This document shows positions 33,454 through 43,939 of a stretch of DNA of 64,000 nucleotides, piece by piece (the stretch's first letter is position 1; the number at the start of each line of letters is the position of its first letter). Made by a program: the position numbers and the translations under genes. The notes under the pieces were generated by a model that saw nothing but the letters and a program-made list of their open reading frames with translations, did no database searches and was not told where the DNA came from. The stretch comes from Myxococcales bacterium (GTDB lineage Bacteria; Myxococcota_A; Polyangia; Polyangiales; DASUME01), in NCBI GenBank assembly GCA_047601445.1, contig JASGJH010000001.1, forward strand, positions 8,544,001 to 8,608,000, given 5' to 3'.

Positions 33454-35006
33454 TTGGCGGCTCCTTGCGTCTTCTCGGGCTGGTTCGTGACCACGTCGAG
33501 TACGGTGCGGCTCTGCGGGGCGAAGTAGCGGCTGGCGACGCGCTTGATGTCTTCATTGGTGACCGCCAGGTAGCGGTCGAGCTCGGTGCGCAGGATCTCC
33601 GCGTTGCCGAAGTAGAGCTCGTACTGTCCGAGCACCAGGGCGCGCTCGAGCGAGGACGCCAGGCCGAACACGAACATGCTGCGCATGCGGTTCTTGGCCT
33701 TCTCGAGCTCGCGCGGGCTGAGGCCGCTCTTGGCGACCTTCTCGAACTCGCTGAAGATGACCTGACGGGCAAGCTTGGGGTCTTTACCCTCGGCCACCAC
33801 TGCCCAGAACGAGAACAGGTCGGGACCGCGGCGCGAGTCCGTGCCCACATTCAAGCTCGAGAGCAGCTCACGCCGCTTGATCAGCTCCTGATACAGGCGC
33901 GAGGACTCGCCATCGCCGAGCGCCATCGCCAGGATGTCGAGGGCGTAGTGGTCGGGATCGCGCGCAGGCGGGATGTGGTAAGCGATGTGGAAGCCCGGCA
34001 GCTGCGCCAGATCATCGACCATGGCCTCGCTGCGCTCCTCGGTCTGCGGATTGAGCGGACCGGGCTCGTAGGCCGGGCGCCCGCGAGCCGGGATGTTGCC
34101 GAAGTGCTTCTTCACCAGTGCGAGCGCCTCGTCGGGATCGAAGTCGCCCACCAGGGTCAACACCGCGTTGTTGGGCGCGTAGTATGCGTTGAAGAACTCC
34201 TGCACGGCCGACAGCGGCGCGTTCTCCAGGTCCTTCATGTCTCCAATGGTGGAGTGCGCATACGGCCAGTAGTCCTGGTACGCGAGCTCGTTGATGCGCA
34301 GCCAGCTCTTGGCGTAGGGCTGGTTGTCGTAGCTCTGCCGGCGCTCCTCCATCACGGTCTGCCGCTGGTTTTCGAAGTTGTCCTGGGTGATGGCCAGGGA
34401 CTTCATGCGGTCGGCCTCGAGCCAGAGCCCGAGCTCGAGCTCGTTGGAGGGCAACGTCTCGTAATAGTTCGTGCGGTCTTCGCTGGTGGTGCCGTTCATC
34501 TCGCCACCGCGGTTGAGGATGAGCTGGAAGTGCTCTCCCTTGCCCACGTTGGCCGAGCCCTGGAACATCATGTGCTCGAACAAGTGCGCGAAGCCGGAGC
34601 GTCCGCGGACCTCGTTGCGCGAGCCCACGTCGTAGTAGACCGCGATGCCGACCGTGGGGATGGTGCGGTCCGGGCTCAACACCACGCGGAGCCCATTTTC
34701 CAGCGTGTGCCGGATGATCGGCAGCGAGGCCAGGGTGCTGGGTGGCACGGTCGGCGCGGCTGGTGCCGCAGCAACCGTCGCGGGTTGGGCTGCAGGCGGC
34801 GCTGCAGGGGCCGCCGGTTGCGCGACGGGCGGCTCGGGGGCCTTGGGCGTCGCTGGCGCGGTGCGAGGTTGGGGCGGAGGTACGGCGGGTTGAACGGGCT
34901 TCGGCTCTTCAGCCTGGGCTTGCGAAACACTGCCTGAAGCCGCGGGCTGCGCGGCGCAGAGCGAAAGCGTGACGCCAAGCGTGGTGAAGAAGCGTTTGTT
35001 CATCAT
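33450..35006 (-). CDS. M16 zinc peptidase, catalytic subunit
   Basis: GFAHLFEHMMF (HXXEH), NGTT..DRTNY, EERR. Confidence 0.92.
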   Translation of the reverse strand: MMNKRFFTTLGVTLSLCAAQPAASGSVSQAQAEEPKPVQPAVPPPQPRTAPATPKAPEPPVAQPAAPAAPPAAQPATVAAAPAAPTVPPSTLASLPIIRHTLENGLRVVLSPDRTIPTVGIAVYYDVGSRNEVRGRSGFAHLFEHMMFQGSANVGKGEHFQLILNRGGEMNGTTSEDRTNYYETLPSNELELGLWLEADRMKSLAITQDNFENQRQTVMEERRQSYDNQPYAKSWLRINELAYQDYWPYAHSTIGDMKDLENAPLSAVQEFFNAYYAPNNAVLTLVGDFDPDEALALVKKHFGNIPARGRPAYEPGPLNPQTEERSEAMVDDLAQLPGFHIAYHIPPARDPDHYALDILAMALGDGESSRLYQELIKRRELLSSLNVGTDSRRGPDLFSFWAVVAEGKDPKLARQVIFSEFEKVAKSGLSPRELEKAKNRMRSMFVFGLASSLERALVLGQYELYFGNAEILRTELDRYLAVTNEDIKRVASRYFAPQSRTVLDVVTNQPEKTQGAAK

Positions 35007-35162
35007 GCATTGACCTCAGAACGTTGTGAGAGAGGCCGAGCGCGAATACCATGCTCTTCCGGCTCGGGCACCAAAACGCATCGAACTGGTGGGTGATTCC
35101 GCCTCCGCGGCGTCTCGCAGCGCAATCTTCGCGCACTGAACAGATGACCATAGGTAGCTCAG

Positions 35163-36407
35163 ATGACTGCGGCAGTCCTTTCGATCGGCACCGAGCTCAC
35201 GCGCGGCGAACTCGTCAACAGCAACGCGGCGTGGCTCGCTGAGCAGCTTACCGGGCTCGGCTTCGAGGTTCGCGATCATCTCACCGTCGACGACGACATC
35301 GACCGCATCGTCGAAGCACTCGCGCGTTTGAGCCGAGAGCACAGTGTGATCGTCTCCACCGGGGGACTGGGACCCACCACGGACGACCTCACCACGGAAG
35401 CCGTGGCCAAGGCGCTCGGCGTGCAGCTCGTGCGCGACAATGCCTCCTTCGAACGCATCGCGAAATTCTTCGCTTCGGTTGGTCGCACCATGGCCGCGAG
35501 CAACGCGAAGCAAGCGGACTTCCCCGAGGGCGCCAGCGTGCTGCTCAACGACCAGGGCACCGCACCGGGGTTTTCGATCGCCATCGGCAAGGCTCAGTTG
35601 TTCGTGATGCCCGGCGTGCCGCGCGAGATGAAGCACATCTTCCTCGAGCGCATCGTGCCGCGCATCGCCGGACTCGCGGAGCGCCGCAGCCACCAGATTC
35701 ATCTGAGGACCTTCGGCTTGCCCGAGTCGCAGCTCGGCGACGCGCTCACAGGCGTGGAATCCCAGTTCCCGGGACTCACCATCGGCTACCGAGCGGGCTT
35801 TCCGGAGATCGAGATCAAGCTACTCACGCGTGCCGAGAGTGCCCACGCTGCGGAAGCGTTGGCGGAGCGCGCGCGCGAGGAGGTCATGCGACGGGTCGGC
35901 GAGGTGGTGTTCGGCGATCGCGAGGACACCTTCGCCGGCGCAGTGGGAAGGACGCTGCGTGATCGCGGCCTCACGCTCGGCGTGGCCGAGTCGTGCACCG
36001 GCGGCATGGTGGGCTCCATGCTCACGAGCGTGCCCGGTTCGAGCGACTACTTGTTGCTCGACGCAGTGACGTATTCGAACGCGGCCAAAAGCAGTGTGCT
36101 CGGCGTGAGCGAGGAGATCTTGCGTGCGTACGGCGCGGTGAGCGAGGAGTGCGCCACGGCCATGGCGCGCGGCGTACTGCGCGTGTCGGGCGCCGATCTC
36201 GCCGTCGCGGTGACGGGCATCGCAGGGCCCGGTGGTGGCACCGACGAGAAGCCGGTGGGTACCGTCTGGATCGCCGCCGCCGGGAAGGGCGGCGCAGTGT
36301 TCGCGCGGCATTTCCGCATGTGGGGCGATCGCGAGCGTATCCGAACCTTGAGCGCGTACACCGCGTTGAAGATGGTGCAGCGACTGGCGGTGGGTCGCGA
36401 GCCCTAG
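35163..36407 (+). CDS. cinA: Competence/damage-inducible protein CinA (MocF + PncC domains)
   Basis: IGTEL..G...NSN, GGLGPT.DD.T, PGVPREM, AESCTGG, TGIAGPGG. Confidence 0.95.
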   Translation: MTAAVLSIGTELTRGELVNSNAAWLAEQLTGLGFEVRDHLTVDDDIDRIVEALARLSREHSVIVSTGGLGPTTDDLTTEAVAKALGVQLVRDNASFERIAKFFASVGRTMAASNAKQADFPEGASVLLNDQGTAPGFSIAIGKAQLFVMPGVPREMKHIFLERIVPRIAGLAERRSHQIHLRTFGLPESQLGDALTGVESQFPGLTIGYRAGFPEIEIKLLTRAESAHAAEALAERAREEVMRRVGEVVFGDREDTFAGAVGRTLRDRGLTLGVAESCTGGMVGSMLTSVPGSSDYLLLDAVTYSNAAKSSVLGVSEEILRAYGAVSEECATAMARGVLRVSGADLAVAVTGIAGPGGGTDEKPVGTVWIAAAGKGGAVFARHFRMWGDRERIRTLSAYTALKMVQRLAVGREP

Positions 36408-36710
36408 CAGGCAGCTGACCCAGTCAGCGGCCTGCTCCCGTGCCAGCCTCGCGCAGCGAGGCGAGCCCGTGCCCATGCCCGCGCCCGAACAGCCTCGGCG
36501 ATCGCTCGCAGCACGTTTGACCGATTTGAGCCGAAGCAACGCTCTGCGTCGGGGTGAGGAAGTATCGAAGCGGTCTCCGCGTAGTTGGGTCTGCGATGTG
36601 CAGCCGTTCGGGAACGCGACCTCGAGGGTGCGTCCAACTGCCATCGGCGACCTGATCCCCAAGTAGCGCGAACCCCCCCGCGCTTCGACAGACATAGCGG
36701 AGTAACGAAC

Positions 36711-37916
36711 GTGACGAATCGACATGGCGTTGTCGTCGGCGCACTCTTGTCCCTCGCGCTCGCCGGCTGCAGCGGCAGCGATACGGACGAGCTCGAATCC
36801 GAGCTAACCGGCCCGCGTGACGTCGACGCTGCCGTCGACGGTGGCAGCGCCGACGCCTCGCACAACGACGACGCAGCAGCCGACGCACGCCCACCCGAGC
36901 TATCCGCCGTCACCAGGCTGTCCAACGTGGATCCCGCTCAGGTCCCGCCGCCGCCCGCCTTCGATCTGCGCATCTCCCAGCAATGCAGCTTCGACAGCGA
37001 AGGCGGCCGCTTCGACTGTCCAGGCATCGACGATCACGACGGCGAGTTCGCGTTCTCCGTGGTGGAGCCGGGCGATGGCTCGCGCTACGGCGTGATCAGC
37101 GTGCGCTCCTTCCAGATCGAGATGGAAGGCGTGGTCTCGGTGCGCGGCGATCTTCCGCTGGTCATCGTCGCGCAGGACACCCTCAAGGTGTTTGGACGCA
37201 TCTCGGTGGCCTCCGACGGCAGCACCGCCTACGCGGGTGGTTTCGCGCCCAATGCCACAGGCGACCTAGGCAACGGACCCGGCGCAGGACAGCGCGGTTT
37301 GGTCGGGCAGTTCCGCCCCTCGAGCGGCGGCAGCTCTTGCGGCAGCGGAGGACGCGGCGCCACGCCGGACAACAGCCCCGGCATCGCCAGCGGCGCGGCC
37401 TACGGAAGTCCAGCACTCTCGCCCCTCGTGGGCGGGTCCAGCGGCGGTGGACCGAACGGTGGCGCGGGCGGCGGTGCCCTTCAGCTGGTGGCCGGCAATG
37501 AGCTTCGAGTCGGCCCCTTCGGTGTCGTGGATGCCGGCGGCGGCGGAGGCGGCAATACCTCCTCGGGTGCCGGCGCGGGCGGGGCGATCCTGCTCGAGGC
37601 GAAGGGCGTGATCGTCGACGGTATCCTGGCGGCCAACGGCGGAGGTGGCGGTGCGGCGCAAGGAGGCAGCGGTGGACAGGACGGCCGACCAGACGCCGTG
37701 GCGGCGGCGGGCGAGATCGCTTCCCTGGGCGGTCAGGGCAGTGCGGCCCAGCAAGCCAACGGCGGCGACGGCATGTTCATGACGCAAAATCAGGCGCTTG
37801 GCGGCGGTGGAGGGGCAGGTCGCATCCGTATCAATACGGCCGATGGCAATGCTCAGATCAGTGGAACGCTCTCGCCTGCACAGGTGACCGGATGCGCCAC
37901 CGTAGGGATCCTCTGA
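36711..37916 (+). CDS. Glycine-rich exported lipoprotein
   Basis: GGAG RBS, GTG start, LALAGC lipobox; repeated GGGGG-x-(I/L) motifs. Confidence 0.78.
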   Translation: MTNRHGVVVGALLSLALAGCSGSDTDELESELTGPRDVDAAVDGGSADASHNDDAAADARPPELSAVTRLSNVDPAQVPPPPAFDLRISQQCSFDSEGGRFDCPGIDDHDGEFAFSVVEPGDGSRYGVISVRSFQIEMEGVVSVRGDLPLVIVAQDTLKVFGRISVASDGSTAYAGGFAPNATGDLGNGPGAGQRGLVGQFRPSSGGSSCGSGGRGATPDNSPGIASGAAYGSPALSPLVGGSSGGGPNGGAGGGALQLVAGNELRVGPFGVVDAGGGGGGNTSSGAGAGGAILLEAKGVIVDGILAANGGGGGAAQGGSGGQDGRPDAVAAAGEIASLGGQGSAAQQANGGDGMFMTQNQALGGGGGAGRIRINTADGNAQISGTLSPAQVTGCATVGIL

Positions 37917-38060
37917 ATCGAAGCTCACCAAAGTGCGTCGCGCGTATGATTCAACCCAGGAGCGTCACCCTTGACGCAGTTGGTTCCCGGGTCGAACATC
38001 ACCCCTAATTCGCGCGCACCCGAGTGCGTGCCGAGCAGGCGGCCAGGAGGCACGCGATTC

Positions 38061-39089
38061 ATGCAACCAACCAGTCATCCGGATCAGCCAGTCAGGCATA
38101 GCTACCCACTCGCAGTATCCGATGCAGGCTTCAGCTCCTCGCTGAGCCTCTTACTCTCCACGCTGCCTTACGCGCTGGTGCGCTTCGGCATTCTGTTCGG
38201 TGTCAGCGTAGCCACCTTGATTTGGTATGGCGTGACCTTCGGCGGCGGCGCGTTCATCGGACAGCGCGTGCCGCTGCTCGGTTACGCCTGGATCTTCGGC
38301 GGCCTCGGCGTCTGGGGTTACCTGTACTGGTTCATCGTTCGCTACTTCCTCTATCTGCTCAAGGCCGGACACATCGCCGTGCTCACCGAGTTGATGACCC
38401 ACGGTCGCGTCAACAACGGTCAGGAGGGCATGTTTCAGTACGGCACCCGCGTGGTGAAGGAACGCTTCGGCGAGGTGAACGCGATGTTCGCCCTCGACGC
38501 TTTGGTTGCCGGCGTGGTGGGCGCCTTCAACCGCACCCTCAACTGGATCTCCAACCTGCTGCCGATCCCCGGCTTGAGCAGCCTCACGAACTTGGTCACG
38601 GCGGTCGTGCGAGCCGCCACCACGTATATCGACGAGACATTGTTCTCCTACAGCCTCGCCCGCGGCGACGAGAACAAGTGGCGCAGCGCGAAGGACGGAC
38701 TCATCTACTACGCGCAGAACAGCCAGGAGATCCTCAAGACCGGCGTCTGGATCGTGGTGCTCGACTGGGCTCTCACCTTCGTGGCCTGGGCGGTGTGTTT
38801 GGTGCCCGCAGGCGTGCTCGCTTGGCTCCTGCCGCCCGGCGGATTCGGCCAGTTCGGCGTGCTGCTGCTGGCTGCGCTGGCCGCCGCCAACCTGCGTTCG
38901 GCGTTCCTCAAGCCGCTCTTCCTGATCATGGTGATGGTCAAGTTCCACGTCTCCGTGCGCAACCAGCCGATCAACCTCGAGTGGGATCAAAAGCTCAGCA
39001 GCATCAGCGACAAGTTCGTCGAGCTAAAGTCGAAGATCTTTGAGGCTCCTACGGCGCCCAATCTGCCTGCTGTCTCTCCCTCTCCCTGA
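38061..39089 (+). CDS. Hypothetical integral membrane protein
   Basis: AGGAGG RBS; several TM helices; strong GC3 bias. Confidence 0.8.
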   Translation: MQPTSHPDQPVRHSYPLAVSDAGFSSSLSLLLSTLPYALVRFGILFGVSVATLIWYGVTFGGGAFIGQRVPLLGYAWIFGGLGVWGYLYWFIVRYFLYLLKAGHIAVLTELMTHGRVNNGQEGMFQYGTRVVKERFGEVNAMFALDALVAGVVGAFNRTLNWISNLLPIPGLSSLTNLVTAVVRAATTYIDETLFSYSLARGDENKWRSAKDGLIYYAQNSQEILKTGVWIVVLDWALTFVAWAVCLVPAGVLAWLLPPGGFGQFGVLLLAALAAANLRSAFLKPLFLIMVMVKFHVSVRNQPINLEWDQKLSSISDKFVELKSKIFEAPTAPNLPAVSPSP

Positions 39090-39130
39090 ATCCTCCTACT
39101 CCACTTTCCCGACGTTCTCTTGAGAGAGAG

Positions 39131-39676
39131 CTAGTGGGAGAACTCAGAGAGATGGATGACGTACCAGCGGTCGTCCCACGTGATCAGCACCCGGACCTCG
39201 AGTTTGCGCTTCTGCTTGCCCACTCGGTAGTGCAGCCATGCGTGACGGGCCGCCCAGTAGGGAAGGTGATTGCCTTCTTCACCCGGCTTGACCCAACCGC
39301 CGCGCCGCGTGAGCTCGAGGCGCTCGAATTCGGCCTTGTCGAGGTCTGGCGTGTTGTGGTGTAGCGCGTGGATATCTTGGTCGAAGCGCGCGCGTAGTTT
39401 GTCCCAGTAGCGTTCGGGCTTCTGCATGGCTTTCACGAGCAGGAAGGCGTCGCGCGGGAAGAAGAACTCGGCGGCGCGTGCGGGCTCGTCGTGGACGATG
39501 GCGTCGAACAAGAGCTTGGCGTGGGCCTGGGCGGACTCTACCGGCGGGCGCGGCGGAACCTGCGCGAGGTCGGCGCGATTGCTGGCCGGTACGCCATCGT
39601 TGGCGGGCACTGCTTGCGCATGGACTTTGGTCAGGCCGAGCGAGAGGAGGAGGGCGATGAGCAGGGGCAATCCCAT
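39131..39676 (-). CDS. Hypothetical exported protein
   Basis: Signal peptide ending VHA; FFPRDAF, EEGN.LPYW, WYV.HL. Confidence 0.72.
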   Translation of the reverse strand: MGLPLLIALLLSLGLTKVHAQAVPANDGVPASNRADLAQVPPRPPVESAQAHAKLLFDAIVHDEPARAAEFFFPRDAFLLVKAMQKPERYWDKLRARFDQDIHALHHNTPDLDKAEFERLELTRRGGWVKPGEEGNHLPYWAARHAWLHYRVGKQKRKLEVRVLITWDDRWYVIHLSEFSH

Positions 39677-39695
39677 GAGTGCCAAGCTTTACCGA

Positions 39696-40802
39696 TCACC
39701 AGCCGAGTTGCAGTCGAATGTGTGTCGCGAGCTCGCGTCCCATGCGCGCGTGGGTCTTCTTGTTGGGGTGGTAATCGCAGCCGAGTCCTTCGTTCGGGTC
39801 GCTCCAAAACTCGATGGAACTCACGTGCGTGACACCGCTCTCGCGCGCGCCAGCGAGCACCTTGGCGATCCAGTTGCGGGCCAGGGTGCGCGCCATCGGC
39901 TGTGGATGGTCGTCGGCTAGCATCGGGCCTAGCGCCAACACGAGCGCTGCGTGGGCGTAGCGCGCGTGCAGCGCGGCGAGCAGCGAACGATAGGTCGAGA
40001 CGAACTCCCTCTCCTCAGGCAAGCCTTGGATGAAGTCGTTGGTGCCGAGGTTCACGACCACCACGTCTGCCTTGCCATCGTCCACATGGGAGGCTCCTCC
40101 TTCGGTGGGGATCGCGCGCGTCCAGAGCTTGGGCAGAGTAAGCGCCTCTCGTGTGTCGTAGTTGCGGGTCAGGCCCTTTCCGCTCCAGGCCGCCGCCAAG
40201 TAGTCGGCCAACAGTTCGCGGGCGGCGTGCGCGCCGTAGCTCTCGTAGTTGTTCTCCGTGCCAGCACTCCAGTGGCAGCTCTCGCTCTCGCCTTCGTTGC
40301 CGTAGCCCGCCGTGATGGAGTCGCCGAGGAAGACCAGGCGTCGCGTGCGCGCGACGGGCGGTCGCGTGGATGCCTCCGGAGCGCCTTCGACCACGAACGC
40401 GTGTAGCGTCACGACGCCCACCTCGGCCTCACTGCGTTTCCACAGGAGCGCGCGGTGCGGTCCCGGCGGGAGTCCTTTGGCGAGTTCGTAAACGCGCCTC
40501 CCCTCCGAGAGGGCCAACGTCCGAGGAGGACCGCCGTCGACGATCAGCGTCAACCAGTCGGTCTCGCGGGTCTCGTCTTCGATGGGGGTGTCCGTGAGCT
40601 GCACGCGCAGCCCGCTGCCCACGAAGGCGAGCTCCACCTGCGTGCCGGGCCAGGCGAAGCGAACGGCCTTGGGATCGCGGTGATCGAACCAACCCGTGTA
40701 GCGCAGGCTGGGATCGTCGGCGCTGACCGTGAGTTCCCTGGGGCCCCGCCGACACGCGAAGCAGAGGCAGCACATGGCGATCAGCAACATCCGCCCAAAC
40801 AC
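39696..40802 (-). CDS. SGNH/GDSL esterase, CE2-like (N-terminal beta domain), probable lipoprotein
   Basis: GDSITAGYG, AWSG.G, NLGTND, DYHP. Confidence 0.85.
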   Translation of the reverse strand: MFGRMLLIAMCCLCFACRRGPRELTVSADDPSLRYTGWFDHRDPKAVRFAWPGTQVELAFVGSGLRVQLTDTPIEDETRETDWLTLIVDGGPPRTLALSEGRRVYELAKGLPPGPHRALLWKRSEAEVGVVTLHAFVVEGAPEASTRPPVARTRRLVFLGDSITAGYGNEGESESCHWSAGTENNYESYGAHAARELLADYLAAAWSGKGLTRNYDTREALTLPKLWTRAIPTEGGASHVDDGKADVVVVNLGTNDFIQGLPEEREFVSTYRSLLAALHARYAHAALVLALGPMLADDHPQPMARTLARNWIAKVLAGARESGVTHVSSIEFWSDPNEGLGCDYHPNKKTHARMGRELATHIRLQLGW

Positions 40803-41040
40803 CGGGCCAGCATATCAACTGCCCGGGCCTGGCACCCTTGCACCATCCCCGTCGGGGGACGCCGAGCGCCTCGCGAGCCCCTCGAGATCGCTATCCACAG
40901 CGCGTTCAGATCGCAGCGATCGTTTTGTTCAGGTGTCGCGAGGGACGCAGATAGCTCCGCAGGTCGTCTTTGTATGTTTCCGAAATTACTTGGTTAGTTT
41001 TGAGTGCTCCCGACCGGATCGAGGGGGCTCGCTGCCAAAA

Positions 41041-41057
41041 TGTGAACGCAAGTACTG
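41041..41057 (+). promoter_or_regulatory. Putative LexA (SOS) box upstream of recA
   Basis: TGTGAACGCAAGTACTG; GAAC-N4-GTAC core; 13/17 match to the reverse complement of the M. xanthus consensus CTRHAMRYBYGTTCAGS as recalled. Confidence 0.4.
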
Positions 41058-41146
41058 TACAAACGAGCACGTGTCTTCCACACTCTGTCCTCACCACGAC
41101 GTCCGGCGCGCGGTAGAGCGCGTGAGCACAACACGAGGAACTGGGG

Positions 41147-42229
41147 ATGCAAAAAGACGCGAATCGCGAGAAGGCGCTCGAGCTCGCGCTCGGCACGATC
41201 GAGAAGCAGTACGGCAAGGGTGCCATCATGCGACTCGGCACCAGCGATCAAAAGGCCGACGTACCCGTGATTTCCACGGGCTCCACGTCCCTCGACATCT
41301 GCTTGGGCGTCGGCGGCTATCCCCGTGGCCGCATCATCGAGATCTTCGGTCCCGAGTCGAGCGGTAAGACGACCCTCACGCTGCACGCCATCGCCGAGTG
41401 TCAGCGTGCCGGCGGCATCGCGGCATTCATCGACGCAGAGCACGCGCTCGACATCAGCTACGCCAAGAAGCTCGGCGTGAACGCCGAGGAGCTCCTGGTT
41501 TCGCAGCCCGATCACGGTGAGCAGGCCCTCGAGATCGCCGACATGTTGGTGCGTTCGGGAGCCGTGGACCTGGTGATCGTGGACTCGGTGGCCGCCCTGG
41601 TGCCCAAGGCCGAAATCGAAGGCGAGATGGGCGACAGCCACGTGGGCCTGCAGGCGCGCTTGATGAGCCAGGCCCTGCGCAAGCTCACCGCCACGGTGCA
41701 CAAGTCCAACACCACGCTGGTCTTCATCAACCAGATCCGCATGAAGATCGGCGTGATGTTCGGCTCTCCCGAGACCACCACCGGTGGTAACGCGCTCAAG
41801 TTCTACTCCTCCATCCGCCTCGATATCCGCCGCGTGGGCTCCATCAAGGTGGGCGAAGACGTGATCGGCAACCGCACGCGCGTGAAGGTCGTGAAGAACA
41901 AGATGGCGCCGCCCTTCATGGCCTGCGAGTTCGACATCATGTTCGGCAAGGGCATCAGTCGTTCCGGCGACGTGATCGACCTCGCCACCGAACTCAAGCT
42001 CATCGACAAGTCGGGCGCTTGGTACAGCTACTCGGGCGAGCGCATCGGCCAGGGTCGCGACAACGCCAAGGTCTATCTCGAGGAGCATCCGCAGATGCTG
42101 GACGAGATCGAGCGCAAGGTGTTCGAGGCCAAGGGACTCACGCACGGTAAGCCCGCGCCCGCCCCTACACCCACTGAGGAGAAGCCCAACGGCGCTTCCA
42201 AGAAGGAAAAGCCGCGTCCGCAGGCGTGA
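41147..42229 (+). CDS. recA: Recombinase A
   Basis: [42 protein letters not shown]. Confidence 0.99.
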   Translation: MQKDANREKALELALGTIEKQYGKGAIMRLGTSDQKADVPVISTGSTSLDICLGVGGYPRGRIIEIFGPESSGKTTLTLHAIAECQRAGGIAAFIDAEHALDISYAKKLGVNAEELLVSQPDHGEQALEIADMLVRSGAVDLVIVDSVAALVPKAEIEGEMGDSHVGLQARLMSQALRKLTATVHKSNTTLVFINQIRMKIGVMFGSPETTTGGNALKFYSSIRLDIRRVGSIKVGEDVIGNRTRVKVVKNKMAPPFMACEFDIMFGKGISRSGDVIDLATELKLIDKSGAWYSYSGERIGQGRDNAKVYLEEHPQMLDEIERKVFEAKGLTHGKPAPAPTPTEEKPNGASKKEKPRPQA

Positions 42230-42366
42230 CCGCCCCTTCGAGGCGCCGCCAAGACGGCAGCGCCGAGTCCCGCCGCCAAGGCGGCTAGAAGGAGCCCGAG
42301 CCAGGCGCGAGATCATTCCGGCTAGGCTGCTCGCGCGGGCTCGGCTCGCGTGCTTGGTTTGAGGGA

Positions 42367-43317
42367 ATGATTCGGATTCTCTGGTTCTTGCCCCTACTGC
42401 TGTCGCTGGCCTGCGGCTCCAAGGCGCCGCCCGCGCCGGTGGTCGGCCGGGCGGAGCGCCACGTGGGGCCGCTCCACCACTTGGTGGTCCCGGGGGTTCC
42501 CACCATGCTGGTGGCTCAGCCCAAGGTGCTGCTCGAGTCCCCCTCCGTGCGCTCGCTCTGGCGTGCCATGGTGGCCGAGGACCATGAGCGTGCCTTCGCG
42601 CAGCGCACCGGGGTCGATCCTTTGCAGGTCTCCGAGTTCGTGGCGCTCGAGGTGCCGCCCCACGGCTACATCGTGATGGCGCGTGGTCCGTTCGATGCCG
42701 ACGACGTGGTGAAGCGGGCCGGGCAGCGCATCGCCGTCCTCGACGTCACCAGCGACGAACCCATGGTGCGCCGCGAGGGGTTGCGTGGGGACGGCCGCTA
42801 CGCCTATGCGAGCCTGGATTCCCACGCCATCCTGGCCGCCAAAGACGCGCCCCCGGACCTGGTCGGCGCCATGTTGCGCCGCACCCAGGACGCCAAGACG
42901 CCCAGCGCGTTCGATGCGCCGGACGCCGAGTCCCTCGAGGCGGCCCACGTGAGCGCGCCGCTGGTGGTATTCCATCTGGCTCCCATCGGCTTTCAGCCAG
43001 GCACGCCCATCGCGCTGCTTTTCTCGCGCCAGCGCTCCCTGGCGTTGGCGGTGAGGCCTGCGGGAACCATGCTCGCCGTGGCAGTCGACCTGCGGGGCGA
43101 GTTCCCACCGGGCGCCGAGCACAACTTTCGTACGCTGGTCCACAGCATGGGGCGAGAGCCGTTCGGTGCCTCGCTCGGCCTCACACAGGTGGCCGAGGGC
43201 ATGGGCGTGCGCTCCGACGAGCAGGGAGTGCTGCTTACGGCGAACCTGGAGAGCACCGCCATCGAGAGCACACTCAAGCTGATGTTTGCCCAGGAAATGC
43301 GCGAGTTGTTCGACTAG
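42367..43317 (+). CDS. Hypothetical lipoprotein
   Basis: LLSLAC lipobox; GC3-biased ORF. Confidence 0.75.
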   Translation: MIRILWFLPLLLSLACGSKAPPAPVVGRAERHVGPLHHLVVPGVPTMLVAQPKVLLESPSVRSLWRAMVAEDHERAFAQRTGVDPLQVSEFVALEVPPHGYIVMARGPFDADDVVKRAGQRIAVLDVTSDEPMVRREGLRGDGRYAYASLDSHAILAAKDAPPDLVGAMLRRTQDAKTPSAFDAPDAESLEAAHVSAPLVVFHLAPIGFQPGTPIALLFSRQRSLALAVRPAGTMLAVAVDLRGEFPPGAEHNFRTLVHSMGREPFGASLGLTQVAEGMGVRSDEQGVLLTANLESTAIESTLKLMFAQEMRELFD

Positions 43318-43386
43318 GGGATGCCCTACAAAGTGTCCCCACAATCGGTCGCGTGGCCGGGAGTCCTCTGCTACACCCTGGCGGCC

Positions 43387-43893
43387 ATGTCGAAGCGGAA
43401 CGGCAGCCTCTTCCAAGTCGGCGACCGCGCGGTGTACCCCGCCCATGGAGTCGCGGAAGTCGTCGCCATCGAAAGTCGGGATCTGTCCGGTGCCCAGAAG
43501 GACTTTTACGTCCTCAAGGTTTTGCACTCCGAGATGAAGCTCATGGTCCCCGTCGACGGCGCCGACCGCGCAGGTCTGCGTCGCATCGTGACGGCCGAGA
43601 CTGCCGAGCAGGTCTTCGACGTGCTGAGGTCGACCGAGGTCGCGGTCAAGCCCGGGCCCTGGAACCGCCGTTTTCGCGAGTACACCGAGCTGGTCAACAG
43701 CGGCAGCCTGATGGAAGTGGCCAAGGTCTTCCGCGACCTCTGGCGCATCCGCCCCGATCGCGAGCTCTCGTATGGCGAGCGCCGGTTGCTCGAGCAGAGC
43801 AAGACGCTGCTGGTGGCCGAATTGGCGTTGGCCCAGAGCCTCGAGCAGACGGCTGTGGAAAGCGCCCTCGAGGGCGCCGTTGCAAAGGCCTGA
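43387..43893 (+). CDS. cdnL: CarD/CdnL family RNA polymerase-binding transcription factor
   Basis: FQVGDRAVYPAHGV, conserved Trp in WNRRFREY; no HMGA AT-hook tail. Confidence 0.9.
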   Translation: MSKRNGSLFQVGDRAVYPAHGVAEVVAIESRDLSGAQKDFYVLKVLHSEMKLMVPVDGADRAGLRRIVTAETAEQVFDVLRSTEVAVKPGPWNRRFREYTELVNSGSLMEVAKVFRDLWRIRPDRELSYGERRLLEQSKTLLVAELALAQSLEQTAVESALEGAVAKA

Positions 43894-43939
43894 GGCGCAA
43901 GGCGCGAGGCGCGCCAAGGCGTGAGGCGAGAGTGATTTC

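Noticed and set aside
31732..35006. M16 peptidase pair as a novel system
   Set aside because: Catalytic plus non-catalytic M16B heterodimer pairs are common.
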